Positions 47,801 to 62,320 of a stretch of 64,000 nt of DNA are shown here, piece by piece. The notes beneath the pieces are model-generated. The model was given only the letters and a program-made list of their open reading frames with translations, was not told the origin of the DNA and searched no databases. The DNA comes from Vicugna vicugna (Eukaryota). How positions within the stretch are numbered: position 1 is the stretch's first letter; each line of letters opens with the position of its first letter. Location: assembly GCA_013265495.1 (NCBI GenBank), contig MU062035.1, positions 434,001 to 498,000 on the forward strand, read 5' to 3'. Both the position numbers and the translations under genes were made by a program.

Positions 47801-47966
47801 TTACAGATCCCCTCCATGGCCCCCGCAGGTGGACCTCCCCCACAAGGCCATCCAGGAAGCCTCCAACAAGAAGAAGTTCGAGGACGCCCTGAGCCTCATC
47901 CACAGCGCCTGGCAGCGGAGCGATAGCCTGTGCCGTGGCAGGGCCTCCCGTGACCCCTGGTGCTGA
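14298..47966 (+). CDS. PLEKHM2: PLEKHM2 (SKIP; RUN- and PH-domain lysosome-kinesin-1 adaptor), whole coding span. The 19 visible exons join in frame to 1003 aa (1023 aa if a 60-nt exon 7 lies in the gap).
   Basis: Translation runs MEPREVKDRILENISLSVKK-LQSYFAACEDE...RASRDPWC*. All visible introns are GT-AG and phases are consistent. The visible exons sum to 3012 nt. Confidence 0.97.
16026..16230 (+). mobile_element. MIR SINE
   Basis: GTGGTTAAGAACATGGATCCTGGAG...GCCTCAGTTTCTTTTCTGTAAAG...AGGGTTGTTGTGAAGATTTAATGAG. Confidence 0.8.
16243..16337 (-). mobile_element. MaLR LTR (MLT1/MST-like) end, truncated by an N-gap
   Basis: TGTCTTAGTCTGTTTGGGCTGCTGTAACAAACCATCACAGGCTGGGTGGCTTGTAAACA is the reverse complement of an MLT1-type terminus. 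Confidence 0.75.
16338..16599. other. Assembly gap (262 N)
   Basis: Run of N. Confidence 1.
17085..17345 (-). mobile_element. L1M 3'-end fragment(s), antisense
   Basis: TTTTTTCTTCTTGAAGTATAGTTGATTTACAGTG and AAGTATACAGCTGAATGAACTCTCACAAG...CAGAAGCACCCCC motifs. Confidence 0.6.
18376..18575 (+). mobile_element. MER58A-like hAT-Charlie DNA transposon
   Basis: CAGGGTTTGTCAGACTTTTTCTTCAAAGGTCAGATGGTAGATGTTTT...AAACAGGCAGCAGGCTGGATCTGGCC follows the MER58A consensus as recalled. Confidence 0.7.
19931..20070 (-). mobile_element. Vic-1-type SINE with 10-bp TSD
   Basis: Reverse complement of the tRNA-Ala-like head (GGTACTGGGGATTGAACCCAGG...GCATGCTAAGCACG...GAGCTATACC); ATTCAGTTTT at 19921-19930 and 20071-20080. 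Confidence 0.88.
26580..27166 (+). mobile_element. L2 LINE fragment
   Basis: L2 ORF2/3' motifs (GATCTGATCCAATTCCACAGCTTTAAATAC, CTCTCTCTGAACTCCAGACCC, AATCCATCAGTAAATCC); approximate bounds. Confidence 0.7.
27178..27313 (-). mobile_element. Vic-1-type SINE with 11-bp TSD
   Basis: GGGATTGAACCCAGGACCTCATGCATGCTAGGCATGCTCTCTACCACTGAGCTATGCCCTCCCC; AAATATTTGTT at 27167-27177 and 27314-27324. Confidence 0.88.
27450..27671 (+). mobile_element. MER58A-like DNA transposon
   Basis: CAGAGGCCAGCAAACTTCTTCTGTAAAGAGCCAGACAGTAAACATTTT...CATCGTTTGCTGATTCCTG. Confidence 0.75.
29075..29382 (-). mobile_element. L1 3'-end fragment, antisense, truncated by an N-gap
   Basis: TTTATTTATTTGGCATATAATT...TTGTAACTGGAAGTTTGTACCTTTTAATCCCCTTCACC...CAGCCACCAGCTGTTCTCTGTATC is a typical L1MA-type 3' UTR reverse complement. 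Confidence 0.75.
29383..29527. other. Assembly gap (145 N)
   Basis: Run of N. Confidence 1.
29632..29843. mobile_element. MER3-like palindromic hAT-Charlie DNA transposon
   Basis: CTGTCCAATAGACATTTCTGCAGTGATGG...TAGCCACATGTGGTCATTGAGCACTTG...CACATGTAGCAACTGTATTGGACAG with terminal inverted symmetry. Confidence 0.85.
30120..31300 (+). mobile_element. Old, degenerate L1 (L1ME-like) ORF2/3' fragments
   Basis: Decayed ORF2 motifs corresponding to CSWIGRxxIVKM..., RIAKxxLKK... and WYWHxxR..DQW are recognisable; no intact ORF. Confidence 0.65.
33054..33160 (+). CDS. PLEKHM2: PLEKHM2 exon 2 (RUN domain)
   Basis: CCCAG|TTG; LQSYFAACEDETPAIRNHDKVLQRLCEHLDHALLY; GG|GTAAGG. Confidence 0.96.
33552..33661 (+). 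CDS. PLEKHM2: PLEKHM2 exon 3
   Basis: CTCAG|A; LQDLSSGYWVLVVHFTRREAVRQIEVLQHVATNLGR; A|GTGAGT. Confidence 0.96.
34231..34330 (+). CDS. PLEKHM2: PLEKHM2 exon 4
   Basis: TGCAG|GC; RAWLYLALNENSLESYLRLFQENLGLLHKYYV; AA|GTGAGT. Confidence 0.96.
34872..34959 (+). CDS. PLEKHM2: PLEKHM2 exon 5
   Basis: TGCAG|G; NALVCSHDHLTLFLTLVSGLEFIRFDLDL; CTG|GTGAGA. Confidence 0.96.
35752..35938 (+). CDS. PLEKHM2: PLEKHM2 exon 6 (contains the first W-acidic kinesin-light-chain motif LEWDD)
   Basis: CACAG|GAT; DAPYLDLAPYMPDYYKPQYLLDFEDRLP...TTLEWDDSAIAPSSE; G|GTGAGT. Confidence 0.96.
36571..36670 (+). mobile_element. Degenerate Vic-1-type SINE
   Basis: GCTCAGTAGTAGCATGCGTGCTCGGCGTACACAAGATCCTGGGCTCAATCCCCAGTGCCTC plus an (AAAC)n tail. 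Confidence 0.7.
37301..37472 (+). other. PLEKHM2: Assembly gap (172 N) that probably hides PLEKHM2 exon 7
   Basis: A polypyrimidine tract runs into the gap, the sequence after it starts TACCAAG (compatible with a G-TACCA donor), and the expected 20-codon exon is not visible elsewhere between exons 6 and 8. Confidence 0.7.
40430..40655 (+). CDS. PLEKHM2: PLEKHM2 exon 8
   Basis: CCCAG|AT; GDLTDTVSGPRSTASDPTSSKASTKSPTQRHNPFNE...CTELEVI; AG|GTCAGC. Confidence 0.95.
41766..42599 (+). CDS. PLEKHM2: PLEKHM2 exon 9 (large, low-complexity central region)
   Basis: TCCAG|G; VTKKKKLGKKKKPRSDEEASPLHP...LLIPEMKDTSME...SSAEDSGVDEGQGSPSEMTHSAEF; AG|GTGAGC; frame checked as open. Confidence 0.95.
42884..42953 (+). 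CDS. PLEKHM2: PLEKHM2 exon 10
   Basis: CACAG|A; VDNNHLLLLMIHVFRENEEQLFK; AAA|GTAAGT. Confidence 0.96.
43108..43198 (+). CDS. PLEKHM2: PLEKHM2 exon 11
   Basis: CTCAG|ATG; MIRMSTGHMEGNLQLLYVLLTDCYVYLLRK; G|GTGCCT. Confidence 0.95.
43538..43602 (+). CDS. PLEKHM2: PLEKHM2 exon 12
   Basis: CTCAG|GG; ATEKPYLVEEAVSYNELDYVS; TCG|GTGAGT. Confidence 0.95.
43967..44055 (+). CDS. PLEKHM2: PLEKHM2 exon 13
   Basis: GGCAG|GTG; VGLDQQTVKLVCTNRRKQFLLDTADMALA; GA|GTGAGT. Confidence 0.95.
44647..44779 (+). CDS. PLEKHM2: PLEKHM2 exon 14
   Basis: TGCAG|G; FFLASLKSAMIKGCREPPYPSILTDATMEKLALAKFVAQESKCE; GAG|GTAAGA. Confidence 0.96.
44982..45172 (+). CDS. PLEKHM2: PLEKHM2 exon 15 (start of PH domain)
   Basis: CCCAG|GCA; ATAVTVRFYGLVHWEDP...TKEGMLHYKAGTSYLGKEHWKTCFVVL; AG|GTGGGA. 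Confidence 0.96.
45541..45606 (+). CDS. PLEKHM2: PLEKHM2 exon 16
   Basis: TGCAG|C; NGILYQYPDRTDVTPLLSVNM; GG|GTGAGT. Confidence 0.95.
46300..46459 (+). CDS. PLEKHM2: PLEKHM2 exon 17 (PH domain)
   Basis: CCCAG|G; GEQCGGCRRSNTTDRPHAFQVILADRPCLELSADSEAEMADWMQHLCQAVSKG; GGG|GTGAGT. Confidence 0.96.
46787..46966 (+). CDS. PLEKHM2: PLEKHM2 exon 18
   Basis: TTCAG|GTC; VIPQGVTPSPCIPCCLVITDDRLFTCHEDCQTSFFRSLG...KEYCVL; TTG|GTGAGC. Confidence 0.96.
47052..47168 (+). CDS. PLEKHM2: PLEKHM2 exon 19
   Basis: CACAG|GAG; EFSQDSQQPLPPWVIYLSCTSELDRFLSALNSGWKTIYQ; CAG|GTACCC. Confidence 0.96.
47829..47966 (+). CDS. PLEKHM2: PLEKHM2 exon 20 (last coding part)
   Basis: CGCAG|GTG; VDLPHKAIQEASNKKKFEDALSLIHSAWQRSDSLCRGRASRDPWC-TGA. 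Confidence 0.96.
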   Translation: MDLPHKAIQEASNKKKFEDALSLIHSAWQRSDSLCRGRASRDPWC

Positions 47967-48767
47967 GGCGGAGCTGCCTGGCATCCCGGCGGGGCAGGAA
48001 AGTGGGGCACGCCAAGCAGCACGCACTGTCATCGCCGTGTCACTGAGCGGCTTGGGGCCAGGCTCCCACCCCAGTCCCATGACCCACTCCGGCCCCGGGC
48101 GGCAGAACCAAGTGGGGCTCGAGACAGGGTCTCCCTCCCCGGGATCCAGAACGACTGCTCAACATCCTGAGCCTCCTGGCCAGCAGGTGGCAACTGGGAA
48201 GTGCTGGGGGCAGAGAGTCCGAGCCCTATGGGCTCTGCAGAGGCACGGCCTCCTCCCTGGGGCCTCCGCCTTCGTCTACGAAGGGAGCCGAAGGACTGGG
48301 AGGCCGGACCGCCTTCTTCCTCCCCTGGGTCAGGGGCCCGGGCAGAGGCTTAGGCTGCCCTGGGGGCCCTGAGTGCCCGGCCATCCTTGTTCACGTTTGA
48401 ACATTCACCCGGCTGGGAGGGAAGCTGGAACACCGAGATCTCAGTGCATGTCTTCTCACCAACTCCATCCCCAAGCACACGGCTGCCTGCCTTCCAGGGT
48501 CCGTAGGGGTGCAGGGGGCCGGGCTGGCCCTCCCTGGCCATCAGGAGGCCCTGCATGTCCACCTGGCAGTGTCCACAGGACCCAGGAATCAGGTCGTCTC
48601 CTTTTGCTGGGAGCAAAGCAGAGAGAGGAAGGCTTGAGAGGAACAGAGCCCACCAGCCCGGTGTCCACATTGGTCCGTCTGACTGTCCCCTGCTTGGCTT
48701 GAACCGGGTCCTTCCCAAGACAGCCCTCTGGGGGAAGGGGTCAGGTGGTCTGGGTTTTGTTTTTTAA

Positions 48768-48773
48768 AATAAA
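48768..48773 (+). terminator. PLEKHM2 polyadenylation signal
   Basis: First AATAAA I found after the stop, ~800 nt downstream and preceded by a U-rich tract. Confidence 0.75.
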
Positions 48774-49989
48774 ATAGACATGTTATATTGCCAAGACTTG
48801 TCACTATCCCTTTTTGACCAGGTGGAGGCAGTGGGTTTCCAACCCTTCCTCTCAGGCCCCACGCCCATCATTTGTTCATTCCACAAATTGCTCTCCTGTC
48901 AGAGGCTCCATGCCCACACTGGGTACCAGATCACCCTCAGCTGCTCCCTCGCAACTGTCTCTCACTGTCTGGAGAAGCTTGGACCCTGGGAGCGTCTTGG
49001 CCTGACCTTTGCCCTCCCTCCTGTTCCCTGCGGTGGCCAGGGGAGGGCAGCCGCCAGCTCCAGTTCCACTGCCAGGGCAGGGCACTCGTTCTGTTCCCCA
49101 GGCTCCCCAGCTCTGGTGGGGTGAGTGCCAGCCACTCGGGATAAACCCAGGAGAATCCAGGCTGTCCCCAGGACCTCGTGATGAGCTGCTACGCTGGTGC
49201 TGACCAGAAGGTGCCCAGCCTGCCAGGCCAGGGGGAGCTCTGAGGCCCTCGAGTCCTTCAGCACCGCAGCCGCCAGGCCCTCACACCTTGGAGGAAAAGG
49301 GGTAGACCCAGGAAGAGGCAGGGGTGGAGGCTGCAGAGGTGGGGTTCCAGTCATGGCCTGCGGTTTTGACTGGGACTTGGGTGATGCAGGGTGGCCCTGG
49401 CAGGAGAGACGTGCCATGGGACAGAGGCCAACGTGGATAAAGTGCTGGCCCCCTGCCTGAGCCTGACAGTAGTGCCCAGGGGTGGGAGGTCCCTTCTCGC
49501 CAGGCACAAAGGGCCATTTTCATGCATGGGCCTCTGTTCCAGAGAACCACAGCCCAAGAGGGGCTCCCACCAGGAGAAGGGGCAGGACTAGGGGGCAAGT
49601 CCTTACCAGGCGAGTGACCAAAGCCACAAGGTCACTCCTTAAGACACAGTGGCCCTCATTTTTCCATCTCCTGCCCACCCAGGGGCCCCCAGGCAGGGAG
49701 GCTGTGGGCCACCTTTTATTGGGTGAAGCTCTGTGCTAAGCATGTTTTTCACACATCTATAATCCTTCAAAGAACCCCTGCAGTGGGTGTCCATAACCCC
49801 ATCTTCTAAACAAACCGGGAGACAAATTCAGAGGAAGTGACTTGCCCAGTTCACACAAAATAGCAGGGCCTGGGATTCCAGGTCAGTTCCACAGGCCTCC
49901 CAAGCCCTTCTCCGCTTCTACTCTCACTGACGATGGGACCATAGACCATGGGAGCCAGACTGGAAGGCAGGCCAGGAAAGGAGACATCC

Positions 49990-50350
49990 CCCAGTGGCAG
50001 GGGCGGGAGGGGGCGGTAGCTGAGTTGCTGGGAGGAGGCTCCCACGCAGCTGCCTCTCGCCCAGGGCTACAGTGATTGGCTAAGCCAGAGGCTGGGCAGG
50101 AGTCCCAGCCCTTTGCCCCAGGGCCTGAGGAGAGGCTGGAGGACTTGTGGGACAGGAAGAGGCTGATCGGTACTTTCTGCCTGCCCCTAGTCTCCCTGGG
50201 GCCCAGGTGACCTTTCCCCCAGATCCCAGGGTCCAGGCCCTCCCCCTGCAGGGAAGTGTTGGGGACGGAGGCAGCTGCGATTGGTCCAGAGCCGGCAGGG
50301 GCGGGTCTCAGGCTCCGAGGAAGGCACCAGCGCCAGCAGAGCAGGTGGAC
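49990..50350 (+). promoter_or_regulatory. Probable SLC25A34 promoter region
   Basis: GC boxes at 50001-50006 and 50011-50016, reverse CCAAT box (TGATTGGCT, ATTGG at 50075-50079) and another ATTGG/GC box pair near 50280-50325. The TSS is not determined. Confidence 0.5.
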
Positions 50351-50526
50351 TCCCGAGATAGACCAGGGGCCGCCTGGCAGCTGATTGTCCTGTCTGACCC
50401 GGACTTCTGCCTTCCAGACATGGCCCCGGGTCCCCTCGATCCCCAGCCCTGTGGCCCGGCGAGGGTGAAGACAGCCTAAGCACTGCCACTCCAGGGCCAG
50501 TGCCCATGCCCCTGACCTGGGCATAG

Positions 50527-52872
<2,346 letters not shown>

Positions 52873-53435
52873 GTGGCATCCTTCACTCCTGACACAGCTG
52901 GGCACTTGGCAGGAAGCGACAGCCCGCTCCAGCTGGGAATGGCCACCCCAGAGTGGGCCCAGGCCCAGGCCCTGCCACAGCTCAGGGAGAGTGTAGACAG
53001 CTGTGGTTAACCCAGCCCCACGGTCCACCCAGGGGCCAGCACATCCTCCCCGAATCATCACCCACTCCGTTCTCCAGAAAGTTCTCTTCCCTCTCCATCC
53101 TGGGTTACCTTATCCCGGAGCCTTACTCACTGTTCTAATAACTGCTCCAGGGCGTGAACATCACCGTGAGCTGCACCCCTTACACGCCTCAGCTCGCTTA
53201 GTCCACACGGTATGAGATGGCAAAATTCTCTTACTGAGGAGGACGCCGAGGCTCAGAAGGGCGAAGTGCCGTGACCAAAGCCACACAGCTTTGAAGGGGC
53301 CGAGCCGGGACTGGGGACTAAGCTCTGCCCAGCCGGACCTGTGCCCTTGGCAGGGGCCAGGACCATGGGGGCTGGAGTGCCCCGGGGGATCCCCGTGCAC
53401 TTGGGGAGGCCCTGGGGCGCACCGTGAAGCCGTAG

Positions 53436-53806
53436 TGTCTTAGTCTGCTAGGGCTGCTGTTAGAAAGGACCTCAGACTAGGCGGCGTAAACAACAGTTAT
53501 TTCCTCACAATTCTGAAGNNNNNNNNNNNNNNNNNNNNNNNNNNNNNNNNNNNNNNNNNNNNNNNNNNNNNNNNNNNNNNNNNNNNNNNNNNNNNNNNNN
53601 NNNNNNNNNNNNNNNNNNNNNNNNNNNNNNNNNNNNNNNNNNNNNNGACACCGTCACATTGGGTGAGGGCCCACCCGAATAACCTCATGTTAACCTAATT
53701 ACTCCCTTAGAGCCTGTCTCCAAACACTGTCACATTCTGAGGCACTGGAGATGAGAATTTCAACACAGAGTTTGGGGTGGGGGAGGGGACACAATTCAGC
53801 CCATCA
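53436..53806 (-). mobile_element. MLT1B/C-like MaLR solo LTR (contains N-gap 53519-53646), within the SLC25A34 3' UTR
   Basis: Both termini are recognisable: TGTCTTAGTCTGCTAGGGCTGCTG... and ...GTCACATTCTGAGGCACTGG...GGGGACACAATTCAGCCCATCA. Confidence 0.85.
53519..53646. other. Assembly gap (128 N)
   Basis: Run of N. Confidence 1.
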
Positions 53807-54173
53807 GCTGAGGGCTTTTCCTGAGGGTCCCCGGGACGCTCAGCACTGTGGGCATTTGCACATGTCCTCACGACAACTCTGAAAGCTCCTGAGGTGCCTG
53901 TTGCTCATATGGGCAGCCCGAGGCCCAGGGAAGGGACGTGACTTGCCCAAGTTGTAGAACTGGGTGTCCTCATCCCAGGCCCTCTCCCCAAGCTGCAGCC
54001 ACACTCCCTCCATGGGCATGTCCCGAGGCTGGCACTGACCTTTGTTCGAAGTGGACACCGAGTCCCTGAAGGGGCAGGACTGGCTGAGATCAAGCAGCCT
54101 GACTAACTTGCCTGCCACACCCCATGTTTGCAAAGAGCTGCTCCCCAGGGGCCCCCATTGCACACTCCAAACC

Positions 54174-54179
54174 AATAAA
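54174..54179 (+). terminator. SLC25A34 polyadenylation signal
   Basis: First AATAAA I found after the stop, followed by GTTTTCTATTTTGTCT. Confidence 0.75.
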
Positions 54180-54813
54180 GTTTTCTATTTTGTCTACTTC
54201 AACGACTCCCCTCTGCTGGCAGCCTCAGTCTCCCAACCCTGAACCCCCACCCTGGTCTCTTTCTCAGTCTGGAAAAGGAGAATCCAGAAGAATTGGGGCA
54301 GGCCAGCCCCACCGCTCAGGCCCGTGTGAGGCCTGCCACCTAGTGGACACGGGGAGGATGGTCAAGACGGGCTGCATAGCGGCAGGGGGTGGGGCCCAGA
54401 GCTGGATCCCAACCCCAGGCTGGTGGGGGATAGAAACCCCCCTACCCCACTTCAGGCTGAGAGGTAGAACTCAGACCAGAGGCTAGAGGAGAACAGATGA
54501 GGCCTGGGACCTCAGGAAGGTACCATGTGGCAAGTGTGAGAAAAGTTGGCGCCAGACAGGCAGGACAGAGACCAGCCCACCCAGAGATGCCCTCACCCCA
54601 TGCTGCCAATTGGGGAGCATCTGGGAGGCAGTCTTAGCCCTGTGGCCTGGGAGGCTCTTAGCCCCTGGCTCTCCTCCCCTCCCCTGCCTTTCCCTGGGCT
54701 TTGACCCTTCCCAGCCCCTCCCCTCCCCTCCCCTCCTGGACACCTTTGCCCGGGGCGGTGACTGTGACGGTGCAGACCTGGCCAGGGGCTGGGGCTGGAT
54801 CCCGGTGGCCGCC

Positions 54814-58430
<3,617 letters not shown>

Positions 58431-58746
58431 CTGGCCTCAGCAAAGACTTGGAGTTTCTCAGGCCCAATGACCTGGAGACCTTGACCCCAGGATGCTGCCT
58501 GCAGGCAGAATGGCAGGGCTGGCCCCCACCTGGAGCACTGGGGGCCCCCAGGAGGGGAGGATGTGGGGCTGGGACCCTCAGAGGGTGGGGGCACCTGAAG
58601 GCCACTGGGTTAACTCTCCTTTTCTCAGGGCAGGCGATGGATACAGCGCCCTCAGACCTGCCTTCCCAGAGGACTTGGGGGACAGAGGAAAACTGTATCC
58701 TCAGAAGTTTTCCCCTTTACCGGCCTCCCTTGCCCTCTGCACAAAC

Positions 58747-58752
58747 AATAAA
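58747..58752 (+). terminator. TMEM82 polyadenylation signal
   Basis: AATAAA ~315 nt after the stop, followed by U-rich sequence. Confidence 0.75.
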
Positions 58753-59269
58753 AATGGTTTTCTCAGATTTCTTTTAGAATCATGAACACGTAGAGAGATA
58801 AAGAGGCTTTTCTTAGGCTACAAAGCTCTTCTGGCTGGGTCTGGCCGTGGGGTATGTGCTGGGCTGGGTCCCTGGGGGTCAGGAATTTAATACTGAAGTG
58901 GCTGAGGTTACAGGAATGCGGGGGCGTGGATGGACACATGGTCTGGCATCCGTTTGCCGTCTTGGGTGGATGATGCCCGTGTCCTGTCCCATCCTAGGCT
59001 GAGAAACAACTGAAGGGACCACGATACTAAAAAGGCCTCTATCGGTGCCTTTGGGTCCCCAGCCTCCGACCCTGACATGAGGATCCTTCTCATCTCAGCC
59101 CTATTCAGTCTCCTATCTCTGCAGGGCCCAGCTCATGAAGGCCACAGAGTGTATGGGAAAAGGCTGGGTACCAGCTCCTCTGCTTACCCGCTGTGTGGCC
59201 TTGGGTGGGCTGCTGTCCCTCTCTGAGCCTGTTAGAAGAACAACTATCATGTGTTGGGTGCTTATCTCA

Positions 59270-59450
59270 TTTCATTTTGACATCAGCCACAAGAGGCAGG
59301 TACTGTTATCTCTTTTTCCAGATTCAGAAACTGAGGTTCAGAGAAGTTAAGTAACTTGCTCAAGAGCACACAATGAGTTAGTGGCAAAGCCGGGATTTGA
59401 ATTCAGGTAGTCTGACTTTCCAGAGTTCAAGTGCTGTGCATACTCCCTGC
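59270..59450 (-). mobile_element. MIR SINE
   Basis: CAGATTCAGAAACTGAGGTTCAGAGAAGTTAAGTAACTTGCTCAAG...GGGATTTGAATTCAGGTAGTCTGACT. Confidence 0.8.
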
Positions 59451-60877
59451 TACCCTCTTCTCGTTGAAGAATTGGGGCTAGGGAAACTAACAGAGGTGGG
59501 CATGAAAAATGTGGCAGGTCCATTCTTGGCAGGTTCTGGAATGTGGTTCCAGCCCCCTTGTACCCAGGTAATCCTGGGGCTCCATCACAGCCATATTCTG
59601 TGGCTCAGGCAGCCAGCCACAGGGCAGTTTGGCTTCATGAGAATTGAGGGCCCCAGCTTAGGGGTCCTCTCCCAGGAGGAATCCCACAGGGCAAAGCCTC
59701 CCAGCCAGGAGGCTTCCAAAGGGATCGTGCAGGTCAGGCTGTCTGGAAGAGGCAAGGGAGGCACCAGGAAGGAGGTGGGACCTGGTGAAGGTTCTTGTAG
59801 GATTCCAGGCTCTGATGGGTCCCACTTCTCAGGAAAGGCCACCATGGTCACACAAAGGCTCCTGTTTTGGGGCAGACTCTGCCCCAGGATTCCAGTCCCC
59901 ATCCTGGGGTGTGCCTGAGATACAGGGACAGGCAGGCCCAAGAATGGACGTGGTGGTTTCAGCCCATTCCTCCAGGAACAGCCACCCAACCGACAGCTCG
60001 AGCCCCACTTCTGATCCTTCGCTCTCTGTCCTACCCCCAGGAGGGGTCTCTCAGCCCCAGAGTAGCTGAGGTGGGGGAAATGCCTGTGGGTGCCCCCTCC
60101 CCCAATCCAGGACCCAGCCCCCTCTGCCTGGGAATGTGCTTGGTTTCCTCTGGGCAGGAAACTTGCCCCAGTCTAGGAGGAAATGGCTCAGTTAGGTGGG
60201 CACAGGGCCAGCCTCTTGCCAGACCCAGACTGAGCACTGGGTTCCAGCTCCGGCCTGATGTTTTTGCTGGAAGGTTCCCTGGCCTCCCCGCACCCAGCAT
60301 AGCCTGGGACCCAGTGGGGACAGGGCTGGGAGGAGACTGGACTGGGCAGAACTTTCCTTTTTATGGGCACAGGGACCATTTTCCAAACAGAAATTGGGCC
60401 ATATGGTCTAGAATAGGATTCTTATCTATTAAATCATTCTTGTGAAAAGTCTGACAAGGGTATGAAAATTAGATCATTCTAAGTGAGGCGTTTTAGGCCT
60501 GAAGTCCAGACAGCAGAGGAAATCCAAAAGGTAAAGTCTGGAACAGGGACATGAAGCTCACCTTGTTCTCTCAGATCCCAAACCAGCATCCTTCTGAAGA
60601 GGTGGGAGACCACAGCCCCCAGTACTCGCTAAGAGGTGATGGTAAACTGGAGCAGCTGGGACCGGGGTGAGCCTGCCTCCTCCCTCCTGAGCCCCCTCTT
60701 GTGGCTTTTCTGAGCTATGGCGTTGTCCCTTGGAGTGTCCTGCATTTCATCCCCTATTACTGAACATCTGCGTGAGGCCAGGCTCTGGGACGGGCACTGG
60801 GATGAGCAAGAGGCACTGGTGCTAGGAGAAAAAAACCAAAGCTGGGTAAAGGGGATGGAGTGACGGGGGCTAGGGAG

Positions 60878-61400
60878 GGTATATTTGTTATCTACAGCTA
60901 CATAACAAATGACCCCAAAACTTAGCAGCTGAAAACAACAGGCATTTATTGCCTCACTTTTTCTGTGGGTTGGGAAGCTGGGTGCAGCTTGGCTGGGTCC
61001 TCTGGCTCAAGGTCTCTCATTGGCCACAGTCAAGGTGTCAGCTGAGGCTTTGGTGTCATCTTAAGGCTCAACCAGGGCCATATTCACTTTCAAGCTCTCT
61101 CACATGGTTGTTGACAGGATTCAGTTTCTCAGGAGCTATTGGATCAACGGGAGCAGTTCCTCCCTGGCTGTTGGCTGGGGGTCTCCCTCAGTTCCTTGCC
61201 ACGTGGGTCTCTCCATGGGGCAGCCCACAGGATGGCAGCTGGCTTCATCAGAGCCAGCAAGTGACGGAGAGAGAGAAGACAGATGTCACAGTCTTTGTCA
61301 CCGAGTGTTTAAAGCCACATGACAATGTTTTTGCTGTATTCTGTTGGTTAGAAGCAAGTCGCTGGGTCTAGCCCACCCCTGAGAGGAAGGGATTACACAA
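60878..61400 (-). mobile_element. MLT1 (E/F/G-like) MaLR solo LTR
   Basis: TATTTGTTATCTACAGCTACATAACAAATGACCCCAAAACTTAGCAGCTGAAAACAACA...TAGAAGCAAGTCGCTGGGTCTAGCCCAC. Confidence 0.75.
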
Positions 61401-61980
61401 GGGCATGGCAGAGGGTGAGGGTCCTCCGGGGCCTTTTTGGAAGTTGCTGGGGGAGGAATGACCCAGGCTGAGAGAACAGCAGGAGCAAAGGCCCCCAGGT
61501 GGGAACAAGCTGGGAGAATTTTCAGAACAGCAGGAAATGTAGTATGGCTGGAATGCGTCACAGAGGATGGAGTGGCAATAATGAGGTCACAGAGGTGGGC
61601 GGGGACCAGAATCACTCAGGGCCATGGGCAGGGTTAGGACTTTACAGTCCTGTGGTGGGCAGCCAGCAGAGGATTTGCACACGGAGCTGACGTAATCTGA
61701 CTTACATTTTTATAGGATTCCTCTCCTTGCTTTTTTTAGAATAGATTATATAGAAATAGTAAGCCAGTGCGGAAGTATTTGAAATAACCCTGGAGAGATG
61801 ATGGGGGCTTGGACTAAGGTGGTAGCCATGGAGGTAGCCAGAGGGGTTGGATTCTGAACATATTTTGAAAAGTTGATAGGATTTCCCAATCAATTAGATG
61901 TGGGCTTAAGAGGAAGAGAGGAATCTGGGGGAGCTCTTAGATTTTTGTCCTAAACAACCGGGTGAATGAGATGGGGACCT
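61400..61980 (-). mobile_element. L2 LINE fragment
   Basis: GGAGCAAAGGCCCCCAGG, GAAATAACCCTGGAGAGATGATGGGGGCTTGGACTAAGGTGGTAGC and TTCTGAACATATTTTGAA motifs. Confidence 0.7.
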
Positions 61981-62172
61981 CTGAGTGCAGAGCAGGGTTA
62001 CCTGACGCAGGTATGGTCAGCACTGATGGAGGGTCCAGGTGCTGTGAGGTGTGTGACGTGGTCTGGGGTCCAGAGAGTCCTTGCTGAGGAACAGTTGTGG
62101 GCACCAAATTCTGAAAGTTGAGGGGGAGTTTCCAGGCTATGGGGGAAGGGGGGTGAAGTCCAGGCAGGTCTT

Positions 62173-62320
62173 TCTTTGTTTTTTCCCTTCTTTTTTAAAA
62201 TATAGTCCCACACACTTTTATGTATTTATTTATCCCCTTAACAGAGGCACTGGGGATCGAACCTAGGACCTCATGCACACCAAGCTCATGCTCTACCCCT
62301 GGGCTATAGCCCCCATCCCC
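62173..62320 (-). mobile_element. Vic-1-type SINE
   Basis: GGCACTGGGGATCGAACCTAGGACCTCATGCACACCAAGCTCATGCTCTACCCCTGGGCTATAGCCCCC; short flanking direct repeat AGGTCTT. Confidence 0.8.

Noticed and set aside
54610-54813. 68-codon in-frame upstream extension of TMEM82 from a TTG
   Set aside because: Non-ATG start in probable promoter sequence; the ATG at 54814 has an optimal Kozak context and matches the known N-terminus.
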